Assembly (NCBI GenBank): GCA_946544115.1
Contig: CAMNLW010000004.1
Location: forward strand, 1 to 44,405
Reading direction: 5' to 3'
Source of the DNA: an uncultured Verrucomicrobiota bacterium
GTDB taxonomy: Bacteria > Verrucomicrobiota > Kiritimatiellia > RFP12 > UBA1067
Length of the DNA stretch: 44,405 bases
In this document: positions 9,573 to 19,236 of the stretch, piece by piece
Position numbering within the stretch: the stretch's first letter is position 1
Layout of the letters: each line of letters starts with the position of its first letter
The notes under the pieces: model-generated
The model's input: the letters and a program-made list of their open reading frames with translations, nothing else
What the model was told of the DNA's origin: nothing
Database searches by the model: none
Program-made: the position numbers and the translations under genes

Positions 9573-10948
9573 CCAATGTTCTTGAGAAGATCATTTCCTC
9601 GCCCGAAAAGTACTCGTTCGAGATAGAGCGCCTCGGCGACTGCAAGATCGACTCGCCAGTACGCAAGCACGAATTCGTCAAGGATGACGAACGCATCTTC
9701 ATAACCGAGAACAGGTCTTTCTACAAGCGCCTCAAGGAACTTCTCGGCCGCGAGCCCACTTTCGAGCGCGCGGGGCCCAAGCCGAAGATTTTCCACGACC
9801 CGAGCTGGACGCGCGTCGGGATCGTCACCGCCGGCGGCCTCTGCCCCGGTCTGAACAACGTCATCAAGGGCCTCGTCGAGATTCTTACCTACGACTACGG
9901 CGTGAAGACGATATTCGGCATCCGCTACGGCTACGCGGGCCTCAATCCTGCATGCGGCTACAAACCCATCATGCTCGACCCCGACGTGGTCGACACGATT
10001 CACGAGATCGGCGGCACGATACTCGGCTCCAGCCGCGGGCAGCAGCCGGCCGACGTGATGGTGGACACGCTCGTGAGGATGAACATCAACATCCTCTTCT
10101 GCATCGGCGGCGACGGTTCGCTGAGGTGCGCCGCCGATATTGCAGAAGAGGTGAAAAAGCGCGGGCTCAAGATATCCGTCGTCGGCATACCGAAGACGAT
10201 CGACAACGACCTTATGTTCGTCGGCCGCAGTTTCGGTTTCGAGACCTCGGTCGCCGAGGCTGCGAACGTCATCCGCGGCGCGCACGTCGAGGCCAAGGGG
10301 ACGCCCGGCGGTATAGGCCTTGTGAAGCTCATGGGCCGCGACTCGGGCTTCATCGCCGCGTATGCATCAATGTCGAATCCGGTCGTGAACTTCTGCCTTG
10401 TGCCGGAAAGCCCTTTCACCCTTGACGGACCGAACGGACTTTTCTCCGCGCTGGAGAACCGCTTCGCCGCGGGCAAAGACCATGCCGTCATCGTCGTCGC
10501 GGAAGGCGCCGGGCAGGAGCTTTTCAAGGATATCCCCGATGTGCGCGACGCGTCGGGCAACATCCTTAAAAAGGATATAGGAGAGTTCCTCAAGCGCGCG
10601 ATAGAATGCCACATGAAAAGCCGCGGCATAAAGACGTCCGTAAAATACTTCGACCCGAGCTACACGATAAGGAGCTGTCCGGCGAAGGGGACCGACGCGA
10701 TACGCTGCTACATGCTGGCGCGAAACGCCGTGCACGCCGCGATGGCGGGCCGCACCAACTGCGTCGTCGGCAATCTCGGCGAGACGTTCGCCCTTGTGCC
10801 GATACGGCTGGCGACGATCGAACGGCAGAAGATACGCACCGACCGCGAGATGTGGCGCAGCGTCATGGACGCGACGGGGCAGGAGTTCTATTTCGGCGGC
10901 AAGGAGCGCAAATCGACCGGCTCGGGGCTGGACCTCGACGCGCCGTGA
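9569..10948 (+). CDS. pfkA: ATP-dependent 6-phosphofructokinase (group X-like)
   Basis: IVTAGGLCPGLN, GGTILGSSRG, IGGDGS, PKTIDND, KLMGRDSGFIA, DPSYTIRS; AAGGAG before ATG 9569. Confidence 0.92.
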   Translation: MTNVLEKIISSPEKYSFEIERLGDCKIDSPVRKHEFVKDDERIFITENRSFYKRLKELLGREPTFERAGPKPKIFHDPSWTRVGIVTAGGLCPGLNNVIKGLVEILTYDYGVKTIFGIRYGYAGLNPACGYKPIMLDPDVVDTIHEIGGTILGSSRGQQPADVMVDTLVRMNINILFCIGGDGSLRCAADIAEEVKKRGLKISVVGIPKTIDNDLMFVGRSFGFETSVAEAANVIRGAHVEAKGTPGGIGLVKLMGRDSGFIAAYASMSNPVVNFCLVPESPFTLDGPNGLFSALENRFAAGKDHAVIVVAEGAGQELFKDIPDVRDASGNILKKDIGEFLKRAIECHMKSRGIKTSVKYFDPSYTIRSCPAKGTDAIRCYMLARNAVHAAMAGRTNCVVGNLGETFALVPIRLATIERQKIRTDREMWRSVMDATGQEFYFGGKERKSTGSGLDLDAP

Positions 10949-10970
10949 ACGACAGGGAGAGGCGTCCAGC

Positions 10971-11897
10971 ATGACCATCGACGAACTCAACGCGCTTGCG
11001 GAAAGCGACTGTTTCAATGAATTCATACGCGTCTGCGAGGCGCGCCAGTGCAAGGTGCTCTCGAAGATAGCCGACGATATAACCGCCCGCCCGGGGGTGA
11101 GGCTCATACTTCTCGCGGGAGCGAGTTCCGCCGGCAAAACCACGACCGCCAAACGCCTCTGCACGCAGCTGAGGGTGAACGGCGCCGAGGCGACGCATTT
11201 CTCGACCGACGACTATTTTGTAGGTGACGCGCGCAACCCGCGCGACGAGAACGGCGAGCTTGACTACGAGACCGTGGAGGCGGTAGACGCGGCGCGCCTT
11301 GCCGCCGACCTGAATGCGCTTCTCGAGGGTCGCGAGATACATCCGAGGCGGTTCGATTTCGTGAAGCACGAGGGGTTCGACGACAAGGGGACTATGAGCA
11401 TGCCGAGAAACGGCTACATCGTGCTCGAGGGCATTCACGCGCTCAATCCGTGCCTGACGAAAGACGTGCCCGAGATGTGCAAGTACCGCGTGTTCGTCGA
11501 GCCGAAGACGCAGCCCGAGCTTTTCTTCAAGACGCGACTGAGGTCGGCCGATGCGCGGCTTCTGAGACGGCTCGTGCGCGACAACCAGTTCCGGAAGATG
11601 AGCCCGGTGGAGACGTTCCGCATGTGGCCGAAGGTTCTTGCGGGCGAAGAGAAGTGGATAAATCCGTTTCGCGGCGACGCCGACGTGGAGTTCGATTCGG
11701 CGCTGGAGTATGAGCTTTGCGTGCTCAAGCCGTATGTCGCCGGGCTTCTGGAGATGGTCAAGCTCAAGGTTCCCGGCGAGAAGAAGGCCGCGATGCTGGC
11801 CGATCTCATGTCGGCGGTCGTCGCGGTGCCGCCGGTCGCGGTTCCCGGCGACTCGATACTGCGCGAGACGATAGGGTCCAGCCAGCTGGACTACTAG
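10971..11897 (+). CDS. Uridine/nucleoside kinase family protein
   Basis: Walker A AGASSAGKTT, STDDYF, LEGIHALNP, RLLRRLVRD, GEEKWI.PF; GGAGAGG upstream of ATG 10971. Confidence 0.85.
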   Translation: MTIDELNALAESDCFNEFIRVCEARQCKVLSKIADDITARPGVRLILLAGASSAGKTTTAKRLCTQLRVNGAEATHFSTDDYFVGDARNPRDENGELDYETVEAVDAARLAADLNALLEGREIHPRRFDFVKHEGFDDKGTMSMPRNGYIVLEGIHALNPCLTKDVPEMCKYRVFVEPKTQPELFFKTRLRSADARLLRRLVRDNQFRKMSPVETFRMWPKVLAGEEKWINPFRGDADVEFDSALEYELCVLKPYVAGLLEMVKLKVPGEKKAAMLADLMSAVVAVPPVAVPGDSILRETIGSSQLDY

Positions 11898-11924
11898 CAC
11901 GGCGTCTCCGCGCGCACGGCAATA

Positions 11925-11933
11925 TGGTATAAT
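11925..11933 (+). promoter_or_regulatory. Extended -10 promoter for galE
   Basis: TGGTATAAT, then an A-rich leader with AAGGA SD. Confidence 0.7.
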
Positions 11934-11963
11934 ATCCAGCAAACACAAGAAAGGAAACGAGAG

Positions 11964-13001
11964 ATGAAGATTCTAGTGACGGGGGGCGCCGGCTTTATCG
12001 GCAGCCATACAGTGGTCGAGCTTCTCGGCGCGGGCCACGAGGTCGTTGTAGTCGACAACCTCTGCAACAGCTCCAGGAAGTCGCTTGCCAGAGTCAAGAA
12101 GATAACCGGCAAGGCGCCTGTGTTCTACAAGGTGGACATACGCGACGAAAAGAAGCTCAACGCCGTTCTTGACAAAGAGGGACACTTCGACGCCACGATC
12201 CATTTTGCCGCGCTCAAGGCCGTCGGCGAATCCACGCGGATACCGCTCAAATACTACGCGAACAACCTCGGCGGAACCTTCACGCTTCTCAAGTGCCTGG
12301 CGGAGCACGGCTGCAAGAACATAGTGTTCTCCAGTTCGGCGACGGTCTATGGCGATCCCGCCTCGGTGCCGATACGCGAGGACTTCCCCACGCCCGGCTG
12401 CACCAACGCCTACGGCTGGACCAAGCTCATGATGGAGCAGGTCTTCAAAGACGTCCAGAAGGCCGACCCCGAGTGGAACGTCATCCTTCTCAGATACTTC
12501 AATCCCATCGGCGCGCACAAGTCGGGTCTCATAGGCGAAGACCCTGCGGGCATCCCCAACAACCTTCTGCCCTACGTGGCGCAGGTCGCAGTAGGCCGTC
12601 TGCCCGAGCTGAGCGTTTTCGGCAACGACTATCCTACGCCCGACGGCACAGGCGTGCGCGACTACATCCATGTGGTCGATCTTGCCATTGGACATCTCAA
12701 GGCGATCGAGAAGCTTGAGCGCGAGCCGAAGCTCGGTCTCAAGATATACAACCTCGGCACAGGCCACGGTTATTCGGTGCTGCAGATCGTCAAGGCGTTC
12801 GAGAAGGCGTCCAAGCGGCAGGTCCCATACAAGATATGTCCGCGCCGTCCCGGCGATATCGCCGAGTGCTGGGCCGATCCATCGCTCGCCGCCGCCGAGC
12901 TCGGCTGGAAGGCTGAACGCGGAATTGACGAGATGTGCGAGGACGCGTGGCGCTGGCAGAAGAAGAATCCTTACGGATTCAACAAGCCCAAGAAGGCGTG
13001 A
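11964..13001 (+). CDS. galE: UDP-glucose 4-epimerase
   Basis: TGGAGFIGSH, HFAALKAVGES, SSSATVYG, Y...K, LRYFNPIGAH, PNNLLPY, VRDYIHV. Confidence 0.97.
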   Translation: MKILVTGGAGFIGSHTVVELLGAGHEVVVVDNLCNSSRKSLARVKKITGKAPVFYKVDIRDEKKLNAVLDKEGHFDATIHFAALKAVGESTRIPLKYYANNLGGTFTLLKCLAEHGCKNIVFSSSATVYGDPASVPIREDFPTPGCTNAYGWTKLMMEQVFKDVQKADPEWNVILLRYFNPIGAHKSGLIGEDPAGIPNNLLPYVAQVAVGRLPELSVFGNDYPTPDGTGVRDYIHVVDLAIGHLKAIEKLEREPKLGLKIYNLGTGHGYSVLQIVKAFEKASKRQVPYKICPRRPGDIAECWADPSLAAAELGWKAERGIDEMCEDAWRWQKKNPYGFNKPKKA

Positions 13002-13573
13002 CGGCGCTTGAGCACATACTTGAAGGGCTGGAGGCCGAGCTTGCGCTTGAGCGCGAGCTCGGCGTTCGTCTAGTAGAGTGCGACCGCTCGCTTCTCGCGT
13101 CCGGGGCAGGCGCGCCCGCTCCGGCAGCGCCGCCGCGTCAGGAGGCGCGCCCTTCGCCCGCAAGTCCCGCGCCGCAGCCGACGCGGCCGCCCGTGCGCAC
13201 GTCCGGCGGCGGAATTCTGGACTTTGTCTTCCTTCACGACCGGCCGCTCACATCCGCCGGGAATGATATGATGGAGAAGATCGCCGCGGCGCTCGGCAGG
13301 ACTCTCGAGACGGCTCCGGTGGTTTGCGAAGGGCCTGCTCCGCAGGCGAAGGCATACATCGTTCTTGGCGGTCTGGCCCTTAAAAAATGGCTTCCCGGCG
13401 TCAATGCGTCGCCCGGCCAGTGGGTGTCGACGCAGCTTTCGCCGAATGTGCTTGTGACCTATTCGCCTGCCTACATACTGCGCTTCTCAACCGTCACGCC
13501 GGCGGTGCAGAAGATCAAGAAGGAGATGTGGGCTTCGCTCAAGTCGGTTCTCCAGCGTGTGCGCGGCAGTTGA
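12998..13573 (+). CDS. Degenerate uracil-DNA glycosylase family 4-like protein, probably non-catalytic
   Basis: GTG overlaps the galE stop; IVLGGLA and VTYSPAYILR...KKEMW..L resemble the UDG-4 C-terminus (TYHPAYLLR..K..W.DL), but His is replaced by Ser and the Fe-S cysteines and GE.PG motif are absent. Confidence 0.6.
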   Translation: MTALEHILEGLEAELALERELGVRLVECDRSLLASGAGAPAPAAPPRQEARPSPASPAPQPTRPPVRTSGGGILDFVFLHDRPLTSAGNDMMEKIAAALGRTLETAPVVCEGPAPQAKAYIVLGGLALKKWLPGVNASPGQWVSTQLSPNVLVTYSPAYILRFSTVTPAVQKIKKEMWASLKSVLQRVRGS

Positions 13574-13624
13574 CGGCGCAGGGTAAATAATAGTAAAATA
13601 CGCAATTCTACGAGAGGGAAGCAG

Positions 13625-14920
13625 ATGAAGCAGATTGGTGTTGGAATCCTGGGCTTTGGGACCGTGGGCGCCGGAGTGGCCGACGGACTTCTCAAGCATC
13701 GCGACGTCATGGCGAAACGCCTTGGCGTGGATATCGTGTTGCGTCGAATCGCCGACCTTGACATCGTCACTGATCGCGGCGTGGCCATTCCTGACGGAGT
13801 GCTCACTACAGACGCGAAAAGCGTCATCGCCGACCCCGAGGTGAAGATCGTCGTCGAAACGATCGGCGGGACAGGTGTCGCGAAAGCCTTCGTGCTGAAC
13901 GCGCTAAATTCGGGCAAGTGCGTCGTGACGGCCAACAAGAAGCTTCTCGCCGAATACGGCCGCGAGATATTCGACACGGCGGCTAAGAACGGCGTGGACA
14001 TCTACTTCGGGGCGTCGGTCGGCGGCGGAATACCGATCATACGCGTATTGCGCGAGGGACTCGCGGGCAATGACATAGAGTCCATCCACGGCATCCTCAA
14101 CGGAACTTGCAACTACATCCTCACTCGCATGGAGAACGAAGGCCTGCCGTTCGACGAGGTTCTCAAGGACGCGCAGCGCCTCGGTTACGCAGAGGCCGAT
14201 CCCTCGCTCGACATCGACGGGTTCGACACTGCCCACAAGGCGTGCATCCTCGCGGCGCTTGCCTACGGCTTCCAGCCGAAGGTCGCCGATGTCCAGGTGG
14301 AGGGAATACGCAATCTCGCCGGTGACGATGTGAAGTATGCGGCGGATTTCGGCTACAGGATCAAACTCCTGGCCCGCGTCGCCCGCGATGGCGACGAGGT
14401 CGAGGTGGCGGTCGCGCCGACGCTCGTGCCGATGAGCCACATGCTTGCGAGCGTGAACGATGCGTTCAACGCGGCGTGGGTCAAGGGCGACATGAGCGAT
14501 TATACGATGTATTACGGGCGCGGCGCGGGCCGCGCGCCGACGGCGTCGACCGTCGTTGGCGACATAGGCGACATCGCCCGCAACCTGGCGCACGGCGAGA
14601 CGCGTTATTCGCGTGGCGTTCCCGACTACGGCAGCAGTGCTGTGAAGCTGCGCGCGGCGGGCGAGATAGCCTCCAGCTTCTACATCCGTTTCATGGTGGC
14701 GGACAGGGCCGGCGCGTTCGGCACGATTGCGACAACTCTCGGCCGTCACGGTGTGAGCATATCGGCCGCGTCGCAGAAAGCTGAAAAGGCCGTGGCGGGT
14801 TTCGTTCCGGTCGTCGTGCTCACTCACGAGGCCAAGGCGGCCGATCTTGAGAAGGCCCTCGCCGAAATAGAGGCGAGCGGAGTTGTGGGCGCGAAGCCCG
14901 TCAAGCTCAGGATGATCTGA
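13625..14920 (+). CDS. hom: Homoserine dehydrogenase with ACT domain
   Basis: GFGTVG, VVTANK, ASVGGGIP, GILNGTCNYIL, GYAEADP, G.GAG..PTAS. Confidence 0.96.
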   Translation: MKQIGVGILGFGTVGAGVADGLLKHRDVMAKRLGVDIVLRRIADLDIVTDRGVAIPDGVLTTDAKSVIADPEVKIVVETIGGTGVAKAFVLNALNSGKCVVTANKKLLAEYGREIFDTAAKNGVDIYFGASVGGGIPIIRVLREGLAGNDIESIHGILNGTCNYILTRMENEGLPFDEVLKDAQRLGYAEADPSLDIDGFDTAHKACILAALAYGFQPKVADVQVEGIRNLAGDDVKYAADFGYRIKLLARVARDGDEVEVAVAPTLVPMSHMLASVNDAFNAAWVKGDMSDYTMYYGRGAGRAPTASTVVGDIGDIARNLAHGETRYSRGVPDYGSSAVKLRAAGEIASSFYIRFMVADRAGAFGTIATTLGRHGVSISAASQKAEKAVAGFVPVVVLTHEAKAADLEKALAEIEASGVVGAKPVKLRMI

Positions 14921-14938
14921 CAGAGGGGTACCGAAATA

Positions 14939-16303
14939 ATGAAAGTATGCAAGTTCGGCGGCAGCTCGCTGGCAAACGCCACGCAGCTCAACAAAGTAAT
15001 AGACATAGTCCTTTCGGATCCCTCGCGGCGTATCGTCGTCGTCTCTGCGCCCGGCAAGCGGCACCCGGGCGACACTAAGGTGACCGATCTTCTTATCGAT
15101 CTCGCTGAAACGGCCCTCAAGGGCGAGAACACTGACCGCCAGTACGGCGCCGTGGTGGAACGTTACGCCGAGATGGCGGCCGAGCTCAAGCTCGGCGAGG
15201 AGATCGTGCGGGAGATCGAGATGGATATCATGGACCGTCTGGCGCAGGTCGCGACGCTCGGCAGCGCGGAGTTCATGGACCTTATGAAGGCGGCCGGCGA
15301 GGACGACAACGCCAAGCTCGTCGCGGTCGCTTTTTCGGCACGCGGCAAGAAGGCGCGATATGCAAGCCCGAAGGAGACGGGAATGATCCTTCAGGGCGAG
15401 TTCGGCGATGCGACGCTCGATCCTGCGAGTTACGCGACGCTGTCGCGCGCGTTTTCCAACTTCGAGGGAATTGTGATATACCCCGGCTTCTTCGGCTACA
15501 CCAGAGAAGGCAAGGTTGCGACGTTCCCGCGCGGAGGAAGCGACATCACGGGTTCGATTCTCGCGGCGGCCGTCTGCGCCGACGTGTACGAGAACTTCAC
15601 CGACGTAGATTCTGTGTTCCCGGTCGATCCGCGGATAGTCCCCGAAGTCAAGGACGGCGAAGGCATCCCTACGATGACCTACCGCGAAATGCGCGAGCTC
15701 GCATACGCGGGCTTCGGCGTGTTTAACGACGATGCCGTGATCCCGGCCGTGCGCGCGAGGATTCCCATCAACATCCGCAACACCAACCATCCTTCCGAGC
15801 CGGGGACGATGATCGTGCAGTCGCGCCGCGTGGTGCCTGGAACCGTTGTGGGCATAGCCTCCATGGACGGCTTTTGTAACATCGTCGTGGAGAAGTATTT
15901 GATGAACCGCGCGATAGGCTTCGGTCGCAGACTGCTGCAGGTTCTGGAAAACGAGCATATCGCCTACGAGCACATGCCCTCCGGCGTGGATTCGCAGTGC
16001 GTCGTCGTCAAGGGGCAGAATCTTCCGAAGGAGAAGGAGCGCCGCGTCATACAGGAGCTCAAGCGCGAGCTGGAGCCAGACTACGTGGCGATCGAGCGAG
16101 ACCTTACTATTCTCATGGTCGTCGGCGAAGGTATGTGCTATACGGCAGGCATGTTTGCCAAAGCGTGCCTCGCGCTTGCTTCCGCCGGAATATCAATGTC
16201 GATGGTCAACCAGGGGTCGAGCGAGGTCTCGTTCATGATCGCCATTCGCCAGACCGACCGCGACCTGGCCGTTCGAGCGCTTTACAAGGCGTTCTTCGGC
16301 TGA
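14939..16303 (+). CDS. lysC: Aspartate kinase
   Basis: KFGGSSLA, VVSAPGKR, RGGSDITG, ENFTDVD, TYREMRELAY, C-terminal ACT domains. Confidence 0.95.
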   Translation: MKVCKFGGSSLANATQLNKVIDIVLSDPSRRIVVVSAPGKRHPGDTKVTDLLIDLAETALKGENTDRQYGAVVERYAEMAAELKLGEEIVREIEMDIMDRLAQVATLGSAEFMDLMKAAGEDDNAKLVAVAFSARGKKARYASPKETGMILQGEFGDATLDPASYATLSRAFSNFEGIVIYPGFFGYTREGKVATFPRGGSDITGSILAAAVCADVYENFTDVDSVFPVDPRIVPEVKDGEGIPTMTYREMRELAYAGFGVFNDDAVIPAVRARIPINIRNTNHPSEPGTMIVQSRRVVPGTVVGIASMDGFCNIVVEKYLMNRAIGFGRRLLQVLENEHIAYEHMPSGVDSQCVVVKGQNLPKEKERRVIQELKRELEPDYVAIERDLTILMVVGEGMCYTAGMFAKACLALASAGISMSMVNQGSSEVSFMIAIRQTDRDLAVRALYKAFFG

Positions 16304-16333
16304 GACCGCCGTCGTGCCTGGCGGCCCTGTGCG

Positions 16334-17641
16334 TCAGGCGTTCAGTTCGTCGGCAAGCTTGCGAATTCTGCGCGATGTTCTCACGGCGCAGAACTGCTTC
16401 CCGCACATCGAGCAATGGTCGTCGTCGTGGGCTTCGTCGGTGAAGGCGCGTGTTTTGATCCATCTCGCCCTGGCGCGCGCCGGATCGAGACATGCGGCGA
16501 ACTGCCGGTCCCAGTCGAACTTGGCGCGGGCGTCGGCCATCTCGTCGTCGCGGCGGCGCGCCCCAGGAAGCCCGCGGGCGACGTCGCCGGCGTGTGCGGC
16601 GATCTTGTAGGCGATGCATCCCTGGTGCACCTCGTCCGCGTCGGGGAGACCGAGGTGCTCCGCCGGCGTCACGTAGCACAGAAGCGACGCGCCGTAGGTC
16701 GCCGCCGCAGTCGCGCCGATCGCCGAGACGATGTGATCGTAGCCGGGCGCTATATCCGTCACCACCGGTCCTAGCACGTAGAAGGGTGCCTTTTTGCATA
16801 CTTCCTGTTCGCGCTCCATGTTGGCCTGGATCTGGTTGAAAGGCACATGCCCCGGGCCCTCGACCATGACCTGCACACCGTGCGCGCGGCAGCGCTCGAC
16901 AAGTTCCCCGAGGACGTCCAGTTCGCCGAACTGCGCCTCGTCGGACGCATCCGCGAGACACCCGGGGCGCATGCCGTCGCCCAGCGAAACCGTTACGTCA
17001 TACTTCGCGAGAATGTCCATTACTTCGTCCCAGCGGGTGTAGAGCGGGTTCTCGGACTTGTTCTGCATCATCCATTCGGCCATGATCGCGCCTCCTCGCG
17101 AGACGATTCCCATGCGTCTTTTCATCGCGGCCGGTATATGCTTCAGGAGAAGTCCGGCATGAAGCGTCATGAAGTCCACGCCCTGTTCGGCCTGGGCCCG
17201 TATGACATCGATGAGAAACGCGGGATTCATCTGCGGGATTTCGCCGTCCGTCCTTGAAATCGTCTCGTAGACCGGCACCGTCCCGAGCGGTCTGTCGCTC
17301 GCATCCAGCATCCCGCGGCGTATCGCCGCGAGATCGTCAGGGCCGACGGAAAGATCCATGACGAAGTCCGCGCCTGCATCCATGGCGACCTTCAGTTTTT
17401 CGAGCTCGTCGCCTTTCCCCGAGTGAGTCACGCTGCGTCCGAGGTTGGCGTTTATTTTCGTGGTGAACATGCGCCCGACGCCTGTAGGCTTCGCGTTCTT
17501 GTGATTGATGTTCAGGGGAATCACCGCCTCGCCGCACGCGACTGCCGCGCGAACAGTCTCTGCATTGACGTTTTCGCATTCGGCCACTTTTTTCATGGCC
17601 TTTGTAATGATGCCCGCACGGGCGAATTCTAGTTGCGTCAT
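16334..17641 (-). CDS. thiC: Phosphomethylpyrimidine synthase
   Basis: TKINANLG, MDLS, GTVPVYE, GIVSRGG, LGDGMRPG, EGPGHVP, YVTPAEHLGLP, CSMCG..FC Fe-S motif. Confidence 0.97.
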   Translation of the reverse strand: MTQLEFARAGIITKAMKKVAECENVNAETVRAAVACGEAVIPLNINHKNAKPTGVGRMFTTKINANLGRSVTHSGKGDELEKLKVAMDAGADFVMDLSVGPDDLAAIRRGMLDASDRPLGTVPVYETISRTDGEIPQMNPAFLIDVIRAQAEQGVDFMTLHAGLLLKHIPAAMKRRMGIVSRGGAIMAEWMMQNKSENPLYTRWDEVMDILAKYDVTVSLGDGMRPGCLADASDEAQFGELDVLGELVERCRAHGVQVMVEGPGHVPFNQIQANMEREQEVCKKAPFYVLGPVVTDIAPGYDHIVSAIGATAAATYGASLLCYVTPAEHLGLPDADEVHQGCIAYKIAAHAGDVARGLPGARRRDDEMADARAKFDWDRQFAACLDPARARARWIKTRAFTDEAHDDDHCSMCGKQFCAVRTSRRIRKLADELNA

Positions 17642-17684
17642 TTCGGTCGTACCTTTTTTATTGTGTCCAAACTTTTCGGTGCAT

Positions 17685-17693
17685 ATTATACCA
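17685..17693 (-). promoter_or_regulatory. Extended -10 promoter for thiC
   Basis: ATTATACCA (TGGTATAAT on the minus strand), about 44 nt upstream of the thiC start. Confidence 0.7.
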
Positions 17694-17830
17694 TTTCCTG
17701 CGTGATTCTGTGTCGCGCCCGGCCCGGCGGCAGAAGCATTCCAGTTTAGTCTGGCAGCATTCCGGTAAATTTGGAATTATTTTGGGAGCAAGTGTGGACG
17801 CGCCGCTCCGTAACATGTCGCAGTGGTTTA

Positions 17831-17839
17831 TGGTATAAT
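17831..17839 (+). promoter_or_regulatory. Extended -10 promoter
   Basis: TGGTATAAT upstream of AGGAGG SD and ATG 17883. Confidence 0.7.
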
Positions 17840-17882
17840 AACCGCTCTTTGCATATGACAGAAAACAAAAAGGAGGGTCGGC

Positions 17883-18143
17883 ATGATGACGCAAAAAGAA
17901 CTGCATGATGAATTCTGGCTTCTGACGAAAGGAATGCTGCAGGATTCGCGGCTGGACACGGCCGAGGCGAACGTGGTCAAGCGCTGGCTCGAAGAGCATC
18001 AGCGCGGCGACGAGTTCGCGACTGTGATCGAAAAGCTCGATGGCTTCCTCAAGGACGGGTTCATCGACCAGTTCGAATCGAGGCAGCTTGTCAATTCGCT
18101 CGGCAGCGTGCTCCGGGCCTTGAACGACACGTCGAACGCGTGA
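17883..18143 (+). CDS. Small helical hypothetical protein, TerB-like with two D.xID..E motifs
   Basis: Strong SD and promoter; GMLQDSRLDTAE and FLKDGFIDQFE. Confidence 0.7.
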   Translation: MMTQKELHDEFWLLTKGMLQDSRLDTAEANVVKRWLEEHQRGDEFATVIEKLDGFLKDGFIDQFESRQLVNSLGSVLRALNDTSNA

Positions 18144-18183
18144 CGGTGCCGCACGCAGGGTATGGACGGGCGGCGTCCTCGTA

Positions 18184-18192
18184 TGGTATAAT
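18184..18192 (+). promoter_or_regulatory. Extended -10 promoter, probable leaderless transcript
   Basis: TGGTATAAT, 6 nt, then ATG 18199. Confidence 0.7.
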
Positions 18193-18198
18193 AAGAGC

Positions 18199-19236
18199 AT
18201 GAATCTTAAGAGGTCTTTTGTCACGCTAGGTTTTGCGTGCGCTGCGGTGCTGCCCGGCGCTGCGCCGGCTGCGGTGCTTTCCGGCACCGGCGCGGACGCG
18301 CGGTACGCCACCGATGCATATCCCGGCTTCGACAGCGAGGAATCGATCGTCAAGCCGTCGAAGAAGGAACCGAAGTTCTTCGCGTTCATAAACGGGCCGA
18401 AGAAGGACAACCCCGCCGACCAGCTCGAATGGGCGCGCCGGTGCGAGGCCGAGGGGTCGTGGCGCGCCGCGCGCAAGGCCTACGATTCGCTCGTGCGCGA
18501 GTGGCCGTCGTCGCCCGAGGCCGTCAAGGCGCAGAAAGCCTACGCCGACCTCCTGCTCAACCATGACCTTGACTACGAGGCCGCATTCAACGAATACCGC
18601 TATCTTCTCGACTTCTATTCACTTGACTGCGACTACGGGGCGATCGCCGCGACGATGTACAAGGTCGCGGAGCTGATGCGCGAGGAGGGCAAGACGATAA
18701 TGTTCTTCCGCTTTTCGAACACGGTTGACGTGCGCCGCGCCTACGAGGCGCTTGTCCTGCGAGCGCCGGGCGCGTCGTTCGCGCCGCAGGCGATGCTCAC
18801 GATCGCGTCCATGCGCGAGGACGAGGAGAAATACACCGAGGCGGTGCAGGTATACGAGAATCTCAGAAGCCTCCATCCGGGGACGCGCGAGGCGGCCGAG
18901 GCGCTCCACCGCGAGGGGGCTGTGCGCATGAAACTTCTGGAGATGCACGGCTACAACCGTGAGCGCGTGCGAGACACGATGTCATTTCTCAGGCAGTCGC
19001 TTCGCGGGCGCATGGAGGACGCCGTGCGCGCCGACTTCGAAGGCTGGCTCGACGAGACTGTCGAGATGGAGGCCGAGGAGGCGTGGAAGGCTGCAAAGTT
19101 CTATGATTCGCGCACGCGCACGCGCCGCAGCGCCATCAACGCGTTTGAACGTTTTCTGAAGGACTATCCCGCCAGCCGTCACGCCGACGAGGCGCGCGCG
19201 CGCGTCGAAAGCCTCAAAGAGGGTGTACAGCAATGA
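18199..19236 (+). CDS. bamD: TPR protein, outer-membrane assembly factor BamD-like
   Basis: Signal peptide, TPR repeats (WPSSPEA, APGASFAPQAM, YPASRHADEA), AAKFYD motif, directly upstream of lptE. Confidence 0.7.
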   Translation: MNLKRSFVTLGFACAAVLPGAAPAAVLSGTGADARYATDAYPGFDSEESIVKPSKKEPKFFAFINGPKKDNPADQLEWARRCEAEGSWRAARKAYDSLVREWPSSPEAVKAQKAYADLLLNHDLDYEAAFNEYRYLLDFYSLDCDYGAIAATMYKVAELMREEGKTIMFFRFSNTVDVRRAYEALVLRAPGASFAPQAMLTIASMREDEEKYTEAVQVYENLRSLHPGTREAAEALHREGAVRMKLLEMHGYNRERVRDTMSFLRQSLRGRMEDAVRADFEGWLDETVEMEAEEAWKAAKFYDSRTRTRRSAINAFERFLKDYPASRHADEARARVESLKEGVQQ

